Counted from the first letter of the stretch, positions 22,937-33,408 are shown. The stretch is 64,000 bases of DNA from an uncultured Candidatus Saccharibacteria bacterium (GCA_964449245.1 CAYUXY010000002.1:39463-103462); one strand, 5' to 3'. Numbers and translations are program-made. Notes: generated by a model not told the origin, from the letters alone.

Positions 22937-24148
22937 TTAGAATTGTATCGTCAACTGATAAATCGGAACTACGATAGCAAGTGCGATAAGTCCGATAACA
23001 AGACCTATCCCCATAAGCAAAATGGGCTCTAAGAAAGAAACGAGAGTTTTTAGAGAACTGTCTATTTCGCTTGTATAAAAATCAGCGAGCGTTTCAAGAA
23101 CTTCCTCAATGTGCCCCGCTCGTTCGGAGATAGAAACAAGATTAACAACCGTTTTCGGGAAAAAAGGCTCACGCTTAAATGCCTCTCCAACCGTAAGCCC
23201 TTTTGTTATTCCCTCTCTCGATATTCTAAGAAGAGCCTCTTTAAGCTCCATATGGCCAATTGAATCGGCCGTTATTTCCAACGCATCGGTAATCTGCATA
23301 CCGGCTTTTATGAGGGACGCGAGAGTTGCGGCAAATCTTTGAAGGGCGATTTTTTTTACGACTTCGCGTATAAGCGGAAGATTGTTGAAAATACTTGATA
23401 CAAATTTTTTGAAAACAAAAGACGTTCTGTGCAATACAAAAAATGCAACTCCTACCAAAAACAACAGGATTAGAATTATTCCTCCATAGTTTCCGAAGAA
23501 AAATCCAACTGCAAAAACAACCTTCGAAAACAGTGGCGGATCAAATCCGCTCTCTGAAAAAACTCCGGCAATCTTCGGTAAAGCAAAAATAACAAGAAAA
23601 ATTAGAATGAGAACGGATGTCGAAAAAAGAATAATCGGATAAAAAAGCGCGCTACGTATCTGATCTCTCAACGCTTTTTCTTTTGAAAGAGTGCCGGCCA
23701 AATGATCAAATATTGATTCAAGATTACCGGACGCTTCTCCGGCTTTTATTGAATTTACATATACTTGGCTGAATATTTTTGGATGCCTTGCAAACGCCAT
23801 ATAAAATGGCGAACCTTTCTCAAGATTGTTTTTGACTTCTAAAAGAAATGACCTAACGGACGCTTTTGTAAAATCCTCAAGAAGAATGTTGATGGCCTGA
23901 AGAAGCCCCGTGCCGATTTTCAACATAAGAGCAAGATATTTTGAAATAAAAACCTGATCGGTTAAATTAATATCTCCGCCAAATAGACTCTGACTAAAAA
24001 GAGAGCCGGCTTTTCTTACTGGCTTTATGCTGACCGGACGTAAACCCTGAGCAGAAATGGAAGATAGAACTTCTTTGATGTTCTCTGCGTCCATCTCATT
24101 CTCGACAATTTTCCCGTCAGGTTGTGATGCTGTAAAGTGATATTTCAT
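22937..24148 (-). CDS. pilC: Type IV pilus platform protein PilC/GspF
   Basis: AGEASGNL, ALFYPII, ERAGHIEEVL, LEPIL, VVPIY. Confidence 0.93.
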   Translation of the reverse strand: MKYHFTASQPDGKIVENEMDAENIKEVLSSISAQGLRPVSIKPVRKAGSLFSQSLFGGDINLTDQVFISKYLALMLKIGTGLLQAINILLEDFTKASVRSFLLEVKNNLEKGSPFYMAFARHPKIFSQVYVNSIKAGEASGNLESIFDHLAGTLSKEKALRDQIRSALFYPIILFSTSVLILIFLVIFALPKIAGVFSESGFDPPLFSKVVFAVGFFFGNYGGIILILLFLVGVAFFVLHRTSFVFKKFVSSIFNNLPLIREVVKKIALQRFAATLASLIKAGMQITDALEITADSIGHMELKEALLRISREGITKGLTVGEAFKREPFFPKTVVNLVSISERAGHIEEVLETLADFYTSEIDSSLKTLVSFLEPILLMGIGLVIGLIALAIVVPIYQLTIQF

Positions 24149-24149
24149 A

Positions 24150-24523
24150 ACATTAATGCAAATATACTAATGTATGCTAATTATACGAATAAAAATTGTA
24201 ACTGTCATTACTGATTTATAGTTATTTAATTTTGAATAAGTGAAAAGAGTGAGTATTTTCTTCTCTGTTTTGCCCTCTGCTCTTTTTACTTTCATCTTTC
24301 GTCTGTTGTTGTCCGTATTCTGTAAATTGTCAGTTCTGTTAATTTTATTTCCATCACTCGGTAATTAAATAATTTATTCGAAATTCGAAATTAGGTAAAT
24401 CGAAATTTGCATTACTTTCTACTTTACAAACTTTATAGACTTTTAACTTTAGTTTTTGACTAACCTGCTCCATATCATATGTTGTTTGTCGTGTATTGTT
24501 AGTTGTTTGTTATATGTCATTCA
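24150..24523. repeat. Composite spacer of degenerate 7-8-nt repeat blocks (H, B, A and others)
   Basis: Includes a 49-bp exact copy (24378-24426) of 41127-41175; tttnnct runs; inverted attcgtat/attagcat block at about 24160-24191. Confidence 0.85.
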
Positions 24524-26239
24524 TTATTCCCTTATAACTCTCAAAACTTCTTCGAGGGTGGTAATTCCGAGTTCTACTTTTTTAAGTCCATCTTCGAGCA
24601 TTGTAGTCATACCTTCTGCGCGAGCAATTTTACGCAAAGCATCGAGGCTGAATTCCGGACTCATTATCAATTTTCTGACACCTTCCGTTACATTCATCGC
24701 TTCAAAAATACCAACCCTGCCCAAAAATCCGGAATTATTGCACGCCGGACATCCTCGTCCCCTATATAATACTTTTGGAATTTTAACTATATCAGGGTTA
24801 ACCGCCGAACTTTGAAATTCGAGCTGTATGGCCTTCATCGTTTCTTCATCCGGAGTATAAGATTCTATGCAATCGTTATGAATTCTCCTCGCGAGTCTTT
24901 GCGCGCACACAACATTTAAAACAGCCGCGACCAAAAATGGAGGCACGTTCATATCTATAAGACGCGGAACGGCGGTAGGAGCGTCATTTGTATGAACGCT
25001 CGAAAGCACAAGATGTCCGGTAAGCGCGGACTGCACGGCAATATTCGCCGTTTCCGCATCTCGAATTTCACCGACCATAATAATATTAGGGTCCTGACGT
25101 AATATTGAGCGAAGTCCGGTTGCAAACGTAATACCCGCAGCAGAATTTACCTGCGTCTGATTTACATAACGCATATCATATTCTATAGGATCCTCGATAG
25201 TAACTATATTAACCTCCGACCGATTCAAAATATTCATAATAGAATAAAGAGTCGTTGTTTTTCCTGAACCGGTAGGTCCGCAGACAAGAACCATTCCGTA
25301 TGTTTTTTTGACACCATTTTCCACGAGCTTTATTGTTTCATCAAAAAGTCCGAGTTCATTTAATGAAATCGGTTTTTGAGCCGCATTTAAAAGACGCATC
25401 TCTACTTTTTCTCCATAAAAAGTCGGGATTACGGAAACACGGACATCCATAAGAGCATCGCCTATTTTATGGCGGAATCTGCCGTCTTGCGGATGAGTAT
25501 GTTCGTCCACTCTAAGTCCGGAAAGTATTTTCATACGAGCAGTAATTGCGGGATGAATTTCTTTTGGCATTCTTATTATTTCTTCCAAAACACCGTCTAT
25601 GCGAAATCTTACAAGTATGGCATCATCGAGCGCTTCAAAATGAATATCGGAAGCTCTGGAAGAAATAGCGTATTCAAGAAGGTTGTCGACAATGGCGACT
25701 ATTGGAACATCTTCTGCCTCTTGGTTTAAATCCCCCTTTGATTTAGATCTCAGAGACTCTTGAATCCTGTCTTCTATAATTTTTTTAAAATCCTGCGTGA
25801 GTTGTTTGTGATATAACAAATATCCCCTATTTAAGTCTTCATCTGTGGCAAGATATGGCCTCACCTTTGATTTGAGTCTGAGCGAAAGAAAATCAATCGC
25901 CTCAAGGTCTGTCGGGTTATCCATCGCCACAGCATAAGATCCATCGTCTTCTTTTTTGAAAAGTATTATTTTTCTCTGTCTCGCGACCTCTTCCGGTATA
26001 AGATTCATTACAACTTCGTCTATCTTTTGAGTACCGAGATTAACCCTTTCAAAACCGAGAGTTTTTGCGAGCAAATTGAAGAAGAATTCTTTACTTATAA
26101 GTCCCTTTGAAACAAGAATGTCTACGACGTTCTGCCTTTTTCTGTCGGCTTCGTCTTTTACCGCGTCAAAAGTCGCCGTATCTATCACGCTCGCGGAAAT
26201 GAGCATTTCTTTAATTTGTTGCGATGGAAGTGAAATCAT
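24524..26239 (-). CDS. pilB: Type IV pilus assembly ATPase PilB/GspE
   Basis: ASDIH, PQDGR, GPTGSGKTTT, TIEDPIEY, LRQDPNIIMVGEIRD, TGHLVLSSVHTN. Confidence 0.96.
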   Translation of the reverse strand: MISLPSQQIKEMLISASVIDTATFDAVKDEADRKRQNVVDILVSKGLISKEFFFNLLAKTLGFERVNLGTQKIDEVVMNLIPEEVARQRKIILFKKEDDGSYAVAMDNPTDLEAIDFLSLRLKSKVRPYLATDEDLNRGYLLYHKQLTQDFKKIIEDRIQESLRSKSKGDLNQEAEDVPIVAIVDNLLEYAISSRASDIHFEALDDAILVRFRIDGVLEEIIRMPKEIHPAITARMKILSGLRVDEHTHPQDGRFRHKIGDALMDVRVSVIPTFYGEKVEMRLLNAAQKPISLNELGLFDETIKLVENGVKKTYGMVLVCGPTGSGKTTTLYSIMNILNRSEVNIVTIEDPIEYDMRYVNQTQVNSAAGITFATGLRSILRQDPNIIMVGEIRDAETANIAVQSALTGHLVLSSVHTNDAPTAVPRLIDMNVPPFLVAAVLNVVCAQRLARRIHNDCIESYTPDEETMKAIQLEFQSSAVNPDIVKIPKVLYRGRGCPACNNSGFLGRVGIFEAMNVTEGVRKLIMSPEFSLDALRKIARAEGMTTMLEDGLKKVELGITTLEEVLRVIRE

Positions 26240-26430
26240 AAAAATTGAAAGTTAAAAAATCAAAATGGAAAATGGCGTAATATTAATTTCGATTGAATGG
26301 AAGAAGTATAAAGTTAAAAGACGAAGAACGGTCTGAATTCTATGCTATCCTCTCCTCTTTTATCTTTCTACTTTTCACTTTTGTCTTTCTGCCTTCTTCT
26401 CCGACAACTAAAAACTAACAACTACCAACT
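26240..26430. repeat. Composite heptamer-block spacer (inverted A/B, B, E blocks)
   Basis: aatttcgattgaatggaagaagtataaagttaaaagac resembles 51470-51530; aactaaaaactaacaacta overlaps the upstream gene's stop. Confidence 0.8.
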
Positions 26431-27007
26431 TAATTAGTATACCAATAATTGCGAGCGGTAGCCAAAACAAATAAAGTGATGTTCGCTCCTTACCGGAACG
26501 ACTATGAATCCTTTGGATGATTGAAAAGACAACTGCCAGCAAAAATACGCACGCAACATAATGAATCCATAAATAATTCCACGCGGGATACCCAAGCAAA
26601 AAAATCGCAAGCGCAGCGAAATACAATTCATCCGGTTCAAAAAAACATCCGCGGGCGCGTTTATTTAAATACGTTCCGCCAAAAAATACTGCGACAGCGA
26701 CGAGCGCCGAAAAACAATAGAACAAAAGGAAGCGCATAAAGTGATAATAGAAAACATATCCTATTCCAAGATAAGGGGGAACAAGAAAACTCGCGGGCGG
26801 ACCGGCAGATTTCCATGCAAAATATTGAGCAATTACTATCCAAAAATAGTATCCGATGATAAAAGATACGGAACAAAATAAAAATACCTTCCCAATAATC
26901 TCTTTAGAAAATTTCCGTTCTTTGTTTTCCTTATTCAATCCGAAAATCTGCATAAAAAATGCGAGCAAAATAAAAAGCGCTGAAATTAACGGGACAATGT
27001 TATGCAT
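26408..27007 (-). CDS. Multi-pass membrane protein in the pilus cluster
   Basis: About 5 hydrophobic segments; start taken as MHNIVP (27007), because the longer ORF runs through a terminator. Confidence 0.7.
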   Translation of the reverse strand: MHNIVPLISALFILLAFFMQIFGLNKENKERKFSKEIIGKVFLFCSVSFIIGYYFWIVIAQYFAWKSAGPPASFLVPPYLGIGYVFYYHFMRFLLFYCFSALVAVAVFFGGTYLNKRARGCFFEPDELYFAALAIFLLGYPAWNYLWIHYVACVFLLAVVFSIIQRIHSRSGKERTSLYLFWLPLAIIGILIKLVVVSF

Positions 27008-27088
27008 ATAAGAATTATATAACACGGCGAATATAAAAAAACCGCGCCCCCTCAGAGGGGGGGGCGGGATAGAAATCACAAATGTTTT

Positions 27089-27652
27089 TTACAAATCAAG
27101 TCCGGGATCATTTCCTATCTCGTAATAAGTGTCATCGTTTCCCCCATCTCTATCATTCAATTCAACGCTAGTAGTCGTCGCGGTAGAATATTTCGTGCTT
27201 TCCATATTGGCATCAATTTCAAACGTATCATAAGTGGCATTTCCCTGAAATGCGTATGCATAAGTGGTATTGTTTATTGGATCTATCGGAAGCCTTGAGA
27301 GAGGCGATCCGGCTGAAATTGCGCCAAAATTTATCGGCACCCATCCGCTTCCAGTAACTCCTGTCGAAGTTGAAATGGCATCGCACGTAAATGAGGTCGG
27401 TGGCTCAGACAACGCGGCGGTACAATTTTCGGTAGACGGAATATCAGCTCCGGAAACATCAGCCAAATAAAGCGCTATCGCGCTATGCAATGCCGCGAGG
27501 TCAGAAATTCTCGTGGAATCACGCCCCTGTTTTACAAGCTCTGCTGGATTAAGTATAACGACAACAGCTGTTGCTAAAACAGCAAGAATAGCGATAACGA
27601 CAAGTAGTTCTATAAGAGTAAAACCCTTCTTTTGTTTTTTAATTTTTACCAT
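27089..27652 (-). CDS. Type IV pilin (probable major pilin)
   Basis: KKG|FTLIELLVVIAILAVL; own terminator at about 27037-27070. Confidence 0.92.
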   Translation of the reverse strand: MVKIKKQKKGFTLIELLVVIAILAVLATAVVVILNPAELVKQGRDSTRISDLAALHSAIALYLADVSGADIPSTENCTAALSEPPTSFTCDAISTSTGVTGSGWVPINFGAISAGSPLSRLPIDPINNTTYAYAFQGNATYDTFEIDANMESTKYSTATTTSVELNDRDGGNDDTYYEIGNDPGLDL

Positions 27653-27772
27653 ATAAATGAGATAAGACCTTTTGTTCTCAATATTAAAATAATACGCTTT
27701 TAACTATTATACAATACCATCTCATAGAAAAAAAGAGGTGTGCATAACTAAAATTGTCGCATAACACGTGTC

Positions 27773-28165
27773 CTATTCCGCCAGAAGAAAGTCTTTAACT
27801 TTTGAAACCAGATCCTCCATAGAAACGCGCGCTTTTACAAAATATCCAATAGCTCCAAGAGCCTGCCCTCTTTCGATATCAGTGTCTTGCCCGAGATTTG
27901 AAATAATAACAATTGGAGCCGGATGATACTGAGAATCAGATTGAATCTTTTCCATTAATTCAAATCCTGAGAGCTTCGGGAGAATAATATCAAGTAAAAT
28001 AAGATCAGGCTTATTGGCCTTTAAATATTCAAGACCGTCGAGTCCATTTTTTTGATGCACAACGCCAAACCCCTCCTTTTCGAGTCTCTTTTTGAGAAGA
28101 TCTCCCAAAAGAGGCTCATCCTCAATAAGTAAAATATTTATTTTTTTATTTATATCTTCCATCAA
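27773..28165 (-). CDS. Single-domain response regulator receiver
   Basis: ILLIEDE, PDLILLDIILP, ISN, GAIGYFVK. Confidence 0.92.
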   Translation of the reverse strand: MMEDINKKINILLIEDEPLLGDLLKKRLEKEGFGVVHQKNGLDGLEYLKANKPDLILLDIILPKLSGFELMEKIQSDSQYHPAPIVIISNLGQDTDIERGQALGAIGYFVKARVSMEDLVSKVKDFLLAE

Positions 28166-28184
28166 TAGCCATCATACACCAAAA

Positions 28185-28226
28185 AATAAAAACCCGCACT
28201 TTTTATTATATGTGCGGGTTTTTATT
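28185..28226 (-). terminator. Intrinsic terminator of the 16S transcript
   Basis: aataaaaacccgcac...gtgcgggtttttatt stem with T-runs. Confidence 0.8.
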
Positions 28227-28557
28227 AAAAGAAACTTTTTAGCTGCCCCAATTTCACCGGTGTTTAAAAAGATCCGGCAACTTTTTTTGGTACCGTGCTT
28301 GCGCACGGTATTACAAACCGCTGAAAGTTATCCGCCATTTGAAAATAGATTTCCAAATAAAAAGCGGATTGCTTTCGGCGATGTGTAATCGACTAAATTA
28401 ATTAATCCACGAACAGCTTCCGCTACCCGTGCCTTGTTACGACTTCGTCCGTGTCACCGAGCTTAGGCTGAACCCCTGTTGGAGTTTTCACCCACTCCCG
28501 GCTCCCCTGACGTGACGGGCGGTGAGTACAGGACTCGAGAACGTATTCACCGCGGCG

Positions 28558-28593
<36 letters not shown>

Positions 28594-28835
28594 AGGGCGA
28601 GTTGCAGCCCTCAATCCGAACTGGGGCGGTTTTTGATGGGATTAGCTCCGTCTTACGACTTGGCAACCCATTGTTTCCGCCATTGTAGCATGTGTGTAGC
28701 CCAGGGCGTCAAAGGGCCATGCTGATTTGACGTCGTCCTCGCCTTCCTCCGTCTATAAGACGGCAGTATCCCGTGACACATATAACACGGGAGAAGGGTT
28801 GCGCTCGTTACCCCACTTAAGGGAACACCTCACGG

Positions 28836-28866
<31 letters not shown>

Positions 28867-29123
28867 CCCGCCGTCCTTGCGGACAACAATCCTTTCGGAC
28901 TGTCTTCGTCGGGATTTCAAGCCCTGGTGAGGTGTCTCGTTTACCATCGAATTAAACCACATGCCCCACCGCTTGTGCGAGTCCCCGTCTATTCCTTTGA
29001 GTTTTAAGCTTGCGCTCGTACTTCCCAGGCGGCAGATTTAACGCGTTAGCTACGCCACCCCGAGGGTCGATACTCGAGACAGCTAATCTGCATCGTTTAG
29101 GGCGTGGACTACAAGGGTATCTA

Positions 29124-29769
29124 CAATTTTGTTACTGCATAACAAAATTGCAATTTCTAATTTTGAATTTCGAAACTAATCGAAATAAAAATCTAATAAT
29201 TGCAAGCTCTGTTATGGGATGAAATATTTCTATTCATCTCTCTATGTCGCCATAGAGTTCGGCCTATATCTTCTCATCATAATGACGAGTCTGGCGTATA
29301 GTCTCTGAGGCTCCAAATTTACTATAGAAAATTATTCTTGAATCATTGTATAGACGATTCGAAGAATTTCTCAATTTTGATCTCATCGATTGCTTATCAT
29401 TGCTTCTATACAAGATCATTGCTTGATCGATTGATCAATTTTCCTATCAACATAATAAAATTGTTGCCTGCTGATTGTCTGCACCGAAAAGATTTTCACT
29501 CAACAATGAGTACTCTCGGATTCTCAGATTTTCCAGCATATAGCCAGATTATCCCCCGGACGACTTTCCGGAGGGGACTAATGCTCAATGGTACCCTTCC
29601 ACTCCGCGTATTCTTCAATACGCGAGACAATACATTTTTCAAGAAGCTCTCGGAAGTGAAAAAGATTGGTCTTTTGTAAAACAAAAGTTTTTCACTGAGA
29701 GTGCAAACCCGATTTTCCGCTGGAGAAAATCGAGGTTGGTTCTTGAAAATGAATTATCGAGCAAGTCTA
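29124..29769 (-). ncRNA. Group I intron (646 nt, no ORF) at 16S position ~788
   Basis: Splits GGAT|TAGATACCC; 5' exon ends in U and the intron ends in G; P3 TCTGGC/GCCAGA, P TATGCTGGAAA, Q AATCAGCAGG, R CTCAGAGACTA, S AAGATATAGGC. Confidence 0.9.
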
Positions 29770-30340
29770 ATCCTTTTTGCTCCCCACGCTTTCGCGCCTC
29801 AGGGTCAGGAACGTCCCAGCAGAATGCCTTCGCCTTTGGTGTTCCGCACGATATCAACGGATTCCACCCCTACACCGTGCGTTCCATCTGCCTCTAACGC
29901 CCTCTAGTATGATAGTTTCCACGGCAGTTTCGGAGTTGAGCCCCGAGATTTAACCGCAGACTTATCATGCCCCCTACGCGCCCTTTACGCCCAATAAATC
30001 CGGATAACGCTTGTGGCCTTCGTATTACCGCGGCTGCTGGCACGAAGTTTGCAGCCACTTATTCCCGCCGTACTATCAGTCTTGCGACTTTCTCCGGCGG
30101 AAAAGTAGTTTACACACCTAAATGCTTCATCCTACACGCGGCGTCGCTCCATCAGGCTTTCGCCCATTGTGGAATATTCTCGACTGCTGCCTCCCGTAGG
30201 AGTAGGAACCGTATCTCAGTTTCCTCGCTGGGGAACAGGCTCTCACCTCCCCTACCGGTCGTAGTCTTGGTAGGCCATTACCCTACCAACTAACTGATCG
30301 GACCTAAGCCACTCCCAAAGCAACTTGCGTCTTTACCCAT

Positions 30341-30427
30341 CTCCAGTTCACTGAAAACAATTTCCTAAATACAAAGTTTGTAATATTAACATTCTTTGTT
30401 CAAAAAAATGTACTCAGTGAACTGGGG
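30341..30427 (-). repeat. 87-nt hairpin insertion (IVS-like) in 16S V2 (~h9), copy 1
   Basis: Identical to 30521-30607; closed by CCAGTTCACTGA/TCAGTGAACTGG. Confidence 0.9.
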
Positions 30428-30520
30428 ATGGGACCATCGGGAATTAGTTCGCCTTTCGGCGAATTATGCCCGACTCTGGGGTATGTACTAAGGTGTTACT
30501 AGCTCGTTCGCCACTCCCAG

Positions 30521-30607
30521 CTCCAGTTCACTGAAAACAATTTCCTAAATACAAAGTTTGTAATATTAACATTCTTTGTTCAAAAAAATGTACTCAGTGA
30601 ACTGGGG
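30521..30607 (-). repeat. 87-nt hairpin insertion (IVS-like) in 16S V1 (h6), copy 2
   Basis: Identical to 30341-30427. Confidence 0.9.
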
Positions 30608-30770
30608 CTGGGCGTTCGACTTGCATGCCTTATCCACGCCGCCAGCGTTCATCCTGGACCAGGATCAAATCCTCAAAAAAACAAATTGGGACAACTAAAA
30701 AATTTCTTTATTTTTTCGCTGTTTTAACTATTAAATTGACAAAAAACTTTCCTTTTTCACAGCAGGTTAA

Positions 30771-30822
30771 AGTATAGAGAAGAGCAGGAACACTTGTCAA
30801 GAGGAAAATTGGATGCTATGCT
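30771..30822. promoter_or_regulatory. Overlapping divergent sigma70 promoters for the 16S gene and rpmE-rplY
   Basis: Minus strand TTGACA-18-TATACT; plus strand TTGTCA-17-TATGCT; the two -35 boxes overlap in cttgtcaag. Confidence 0.7.
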
Positions 30823-30878
30823 TCTTCCATAAAAATATACGAAAACGCTGTTCGGTTGGGCGTTTTATATTAAAAAAT

Positions 30879-31136
30879 ATGAAAAAAAATCTTCATCCGG
30901 AATACCATACAGAAGCCAAAATAACGTGCGCTTGCGGTAACAAAATGACGATAGGCGCGACAAAAAAAGAAATAAAAGTTGAAATCTGCAGTAAATGCCA
31001 TCCGTTTTACACAGGTTCGCAACAGCTTATCGATACCGCCGGACGCGTAGAACGTTTCAAAGCGCGCCAATCTAAAGCGAAACCGAAAGCGGTGAAAAAA
31101 TCCGTTAAAAGAGTCAAGGCAGTATCAAAAAAATAA
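30879..31136 (+). CDS. rpmE: 50S ribosomal protein L31 (zinc-binding type)
   Basis: [30 protein letters not shown]. Confidence 0.97.
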   Translation: MKKNLHPEYHTEAKITCACGNKMTIGATKKEIKVEICSKCHPFYTGSQQLIDTAGRVERFKARQSKAKPKAVKKSVKRVKAVSKK

Positions 31137-31199
31137 AGCGTCAGCCATCTGTTATATATTTAACTAAAAACTAACAACCAAAAAATAAAAACTGTATTT

Positions 31200-31844
31200 A
31201 TGGAACTTAATGCACAAACGAGAGTTATTCTCGGAAAAAAATCAAAGAGGGTACGGGCGGAAGGATTTATTCCATCCGAACTTTTCGGACATGGAACGGA
31301 AAATCGCCATCTTTCTGTGCCGGCGAAAGAATTCAAAAAGGTATACGACAAAGCCGGAGAAAACACCGTCATTATGCTTACGATTGACGGCAAAGAAAAA
31401 CAATCCGTGCTTATTTCCGAAACGCAATTTAACAGTCTTTCGAATATGTTTATGTCTGCCGCGTTTCGCGCAGTAAAGAAAGATGAAAAAATAACAGTTT
31501 CTGTTCCGGTAGAATATACGGGCACGGATATGGCAGTCAAAAACGGATTTATACTTATGAAATTAGTTCAAGAAATAGAAGTAGAAACTTTCCCGAACAG
31601 CATCCCCCATTCATTTATAGTTGATATAACTTCTCTCACGGAACCGGGCCAGTCAATCGAAATAAAAGACATAACCGTTCCAAAAGAAGTCCGGATTCTT
31701 ATCGCCGAAGATACCGTTCTCGCGGCAGTTACGGAAAAAGAAGAAGAGGAAATTGCCCCTGTAGCTGAAGTTCCGTCCACCACCGCAACGGAATCGGAGA
31801 AAACCCCAGAGTCAGCTTCAACAGAAAACAAAGAAAAGAAATAA
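31200..31844 (+). CDS. rplY: 50S ribosomal protein L25 (CTC type)
   Basis: RAEGFIPSELFG; C-terminal CTC domain; acidic tail. Confidence 0.92.
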   Translation: MELNAQTRVILGKKSKRVRAEGFIPSELFGHGTENRHLSVPAKEFKKVYDKAGENTVIMLTIDGKEKQSVLISETQFNSLSNMFMSAAFRAVKKDEKITVSVPVEYTGTDMAVKNGFILMKLVQEIEVETFPNSIPHSFIVDITSLTEPGQSIEIKDITVPKEVRILIAEDTVLAAVTEKEEEEIAPVAEVPSTTATESEKTPESASTENKEKK

Positions 31845-31872
31845 TTCAGAAATAACGAATCCCGTTTAATTT

Positions 31873-31908
31873 CATCGCCACTATTTAAAAATAGTGGCGA
31901 TGTTTTTT
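31873..31908 (+). terminator. Intrinsic terminator after rplY
   Basis: catcgccactattt-aa-aaatagtggcgatg followed by T-run. Confidence 0.8.
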
Positions 31909-31941
31909 CAGAAAACACAAAGTATTGTATACTTGATTGAT

Positions 31942-33408
31942 ATGGATGCAGAAAAACGGCGCATAGTTTGTGATGTTATAAAAAATCCGAGATATAAACC
32001 GATTATTTCACGGAAGAAGGAATATGTACGTATTCCTTATAAATCTATTTTCAAAATTTCTGCCGTTTTAGCTGTGGTTTTCGTATTTTCATCGGGCTCC
32101 GTAAATGCCCCTTTGAATATTTTCGTGTCGGCCGAAGAAACCGAGGTTACGGCCCAGAATATGCAGGACGAACGCGCCGAACTCGAGCGACAGCTTGCTG
32201 AATACGAAGCGCAAATAGAAGAAACGCAAAAAACTATAGATGAATATAAAAAAGCCGGAAACACTTTAAAAAACGAAATATATACATTAAACGCAAAAAT
32301 TCAAAAATTGAATTTACAAATACAAGCGGTAAACGTAAATTTGGAAAAACTAAATGACCAGATAACGGAAACTCAAAAACAGATAAACCGCACGGAAAAC
32401 AAGATAGATACGCACAAAGATGCCCTCGGCGAAGCGATTCAAAGCGTCTATGAGGCCGACAATCAAAATTTGATGACAATTCTTTTTGCGAACGACAAGC
32501 TTTCTGATTTCTTTGGCACATTAAACGACATAGCGCTCGTACAAGACAATCTCCGCATATCGCTCGAAAATATAACAAAACTTAGACAAGATCTGCTTGA
32601 ACAAAAAGAAGAGCTTTCGCTCGAAAAAGAAGATGTTGAAAATCTGCGTGCGATTCAGCAATCGCAAAAATACAGCGTGCAATCGACGCAAAACCAGAAA
32701 AATTCGTTGTTGAAAGAAACTCAAGGAAAAGAATCCGAATACAAAAAGATTTTGGAAAAAACGCAGGCAAGCGCCGCGGAAATAAGAACAAGAATCTTCG
32801 AACTCTTGGGAGGCGGAGAGCTGACTTTCGAAAAAGCCTATGATTTTGCAAAGCTTGCCGAAAGCGCAACTGGCGTGCGCGCCGCTCTTATTCTCGCAAT
32901 TTTGCACAGAGAATCGTTGCTTGGTAAAAATGTCGGGAGGTGCTCGTATGAAACTGCTATGCACCCGACAAGAGACAAGCCGTATTTTCTTGATTTATTG
33001 AGCAGACTCGGAATAAATCCGTCATCCGAATCAGTAAAAGTATCTTGCGCGAATAGCCACGGTTCATACGGAGGCGCTATGGGCCCAGCGCAGTTTATTC
33101 CGTCAACGTGGAAAATATATGAAAATGCGATATCAAAAGTAACGGGCAGTAATCCTCCTAACCCATGGAATAACTCCGACGCATTTGCGGCAACGGGAGT
33201 ATACATGCGAGACCTTCTGTCTTCGGCAAGCTGTAAGTCGTACGCTAACGACAATCAGAAACTTGTAGCTTATCAGACCCTCCTCGAGCGATGCGCCGCC
33301 GCAAAATATTATGCCGGAGGAAACTGGTACACATACCGCTTCTGGTACGGCGATCCGGTAGTCCAGAAAGCAAACGAGTTTGAGGAAGATATCGCACTCA
33401 TAAAGTAA
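31942..33408 (+). CDS. Exported coiled-coil protein with C-terminal lytic transglycosylase (SLT/MltB-like) domain
   Basis: TM segment, long coiled coil, AILHRES, GAMGPAQFIPSTW. Confidence 0.85.
   Translation: MDAEKRRIVCDVIKNPRYKPIISRKKEYVRIPYKSIFKISAVLAVVFVFSSGSVNAPLNIFVSAEETEVTAQNMQDERAELERQLAEYEAQIEETQKTIDEYKKAGNTLKNEIYTLNAKIQKLNLQIQAVNVNLEKLNDQITETQKQINRTENKIDTHKDALGEAIQSVYEADNQNLMTILFANDKLSDFFGTLNDIALVQDNLRISLENITKLRQDLLEQKEELSLEKEDVENLRAIQQSQKYSVQSTQNQKNSLLKETQGKESEYKKILEKTQASAAEIRTRIFELLGGGELTFEKAYDFAKLAESATGVRAALILAILHRESLLGKNVGRCSYETAMHPTRDKPYFLDLLSRLGINPSSESVKVSCANSHGSYGGAMGPAQFIPSTWKIYENAISKVTGSNPPNPWNNSDAFAATGVYMRDLLSSASCKSYANDNQKLVAYQTLLERCAAAKYYAGGNWYTYRFWYGDPVVQKANEFEEDIALIK

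Noticed and set aside
29338-29857. Homing endonuclease ORF in the intron
   Set aside because: The short ORFs overlap the P/Q core elements and show no LAGLIDADG, GIY-YIG or HNH motifs.
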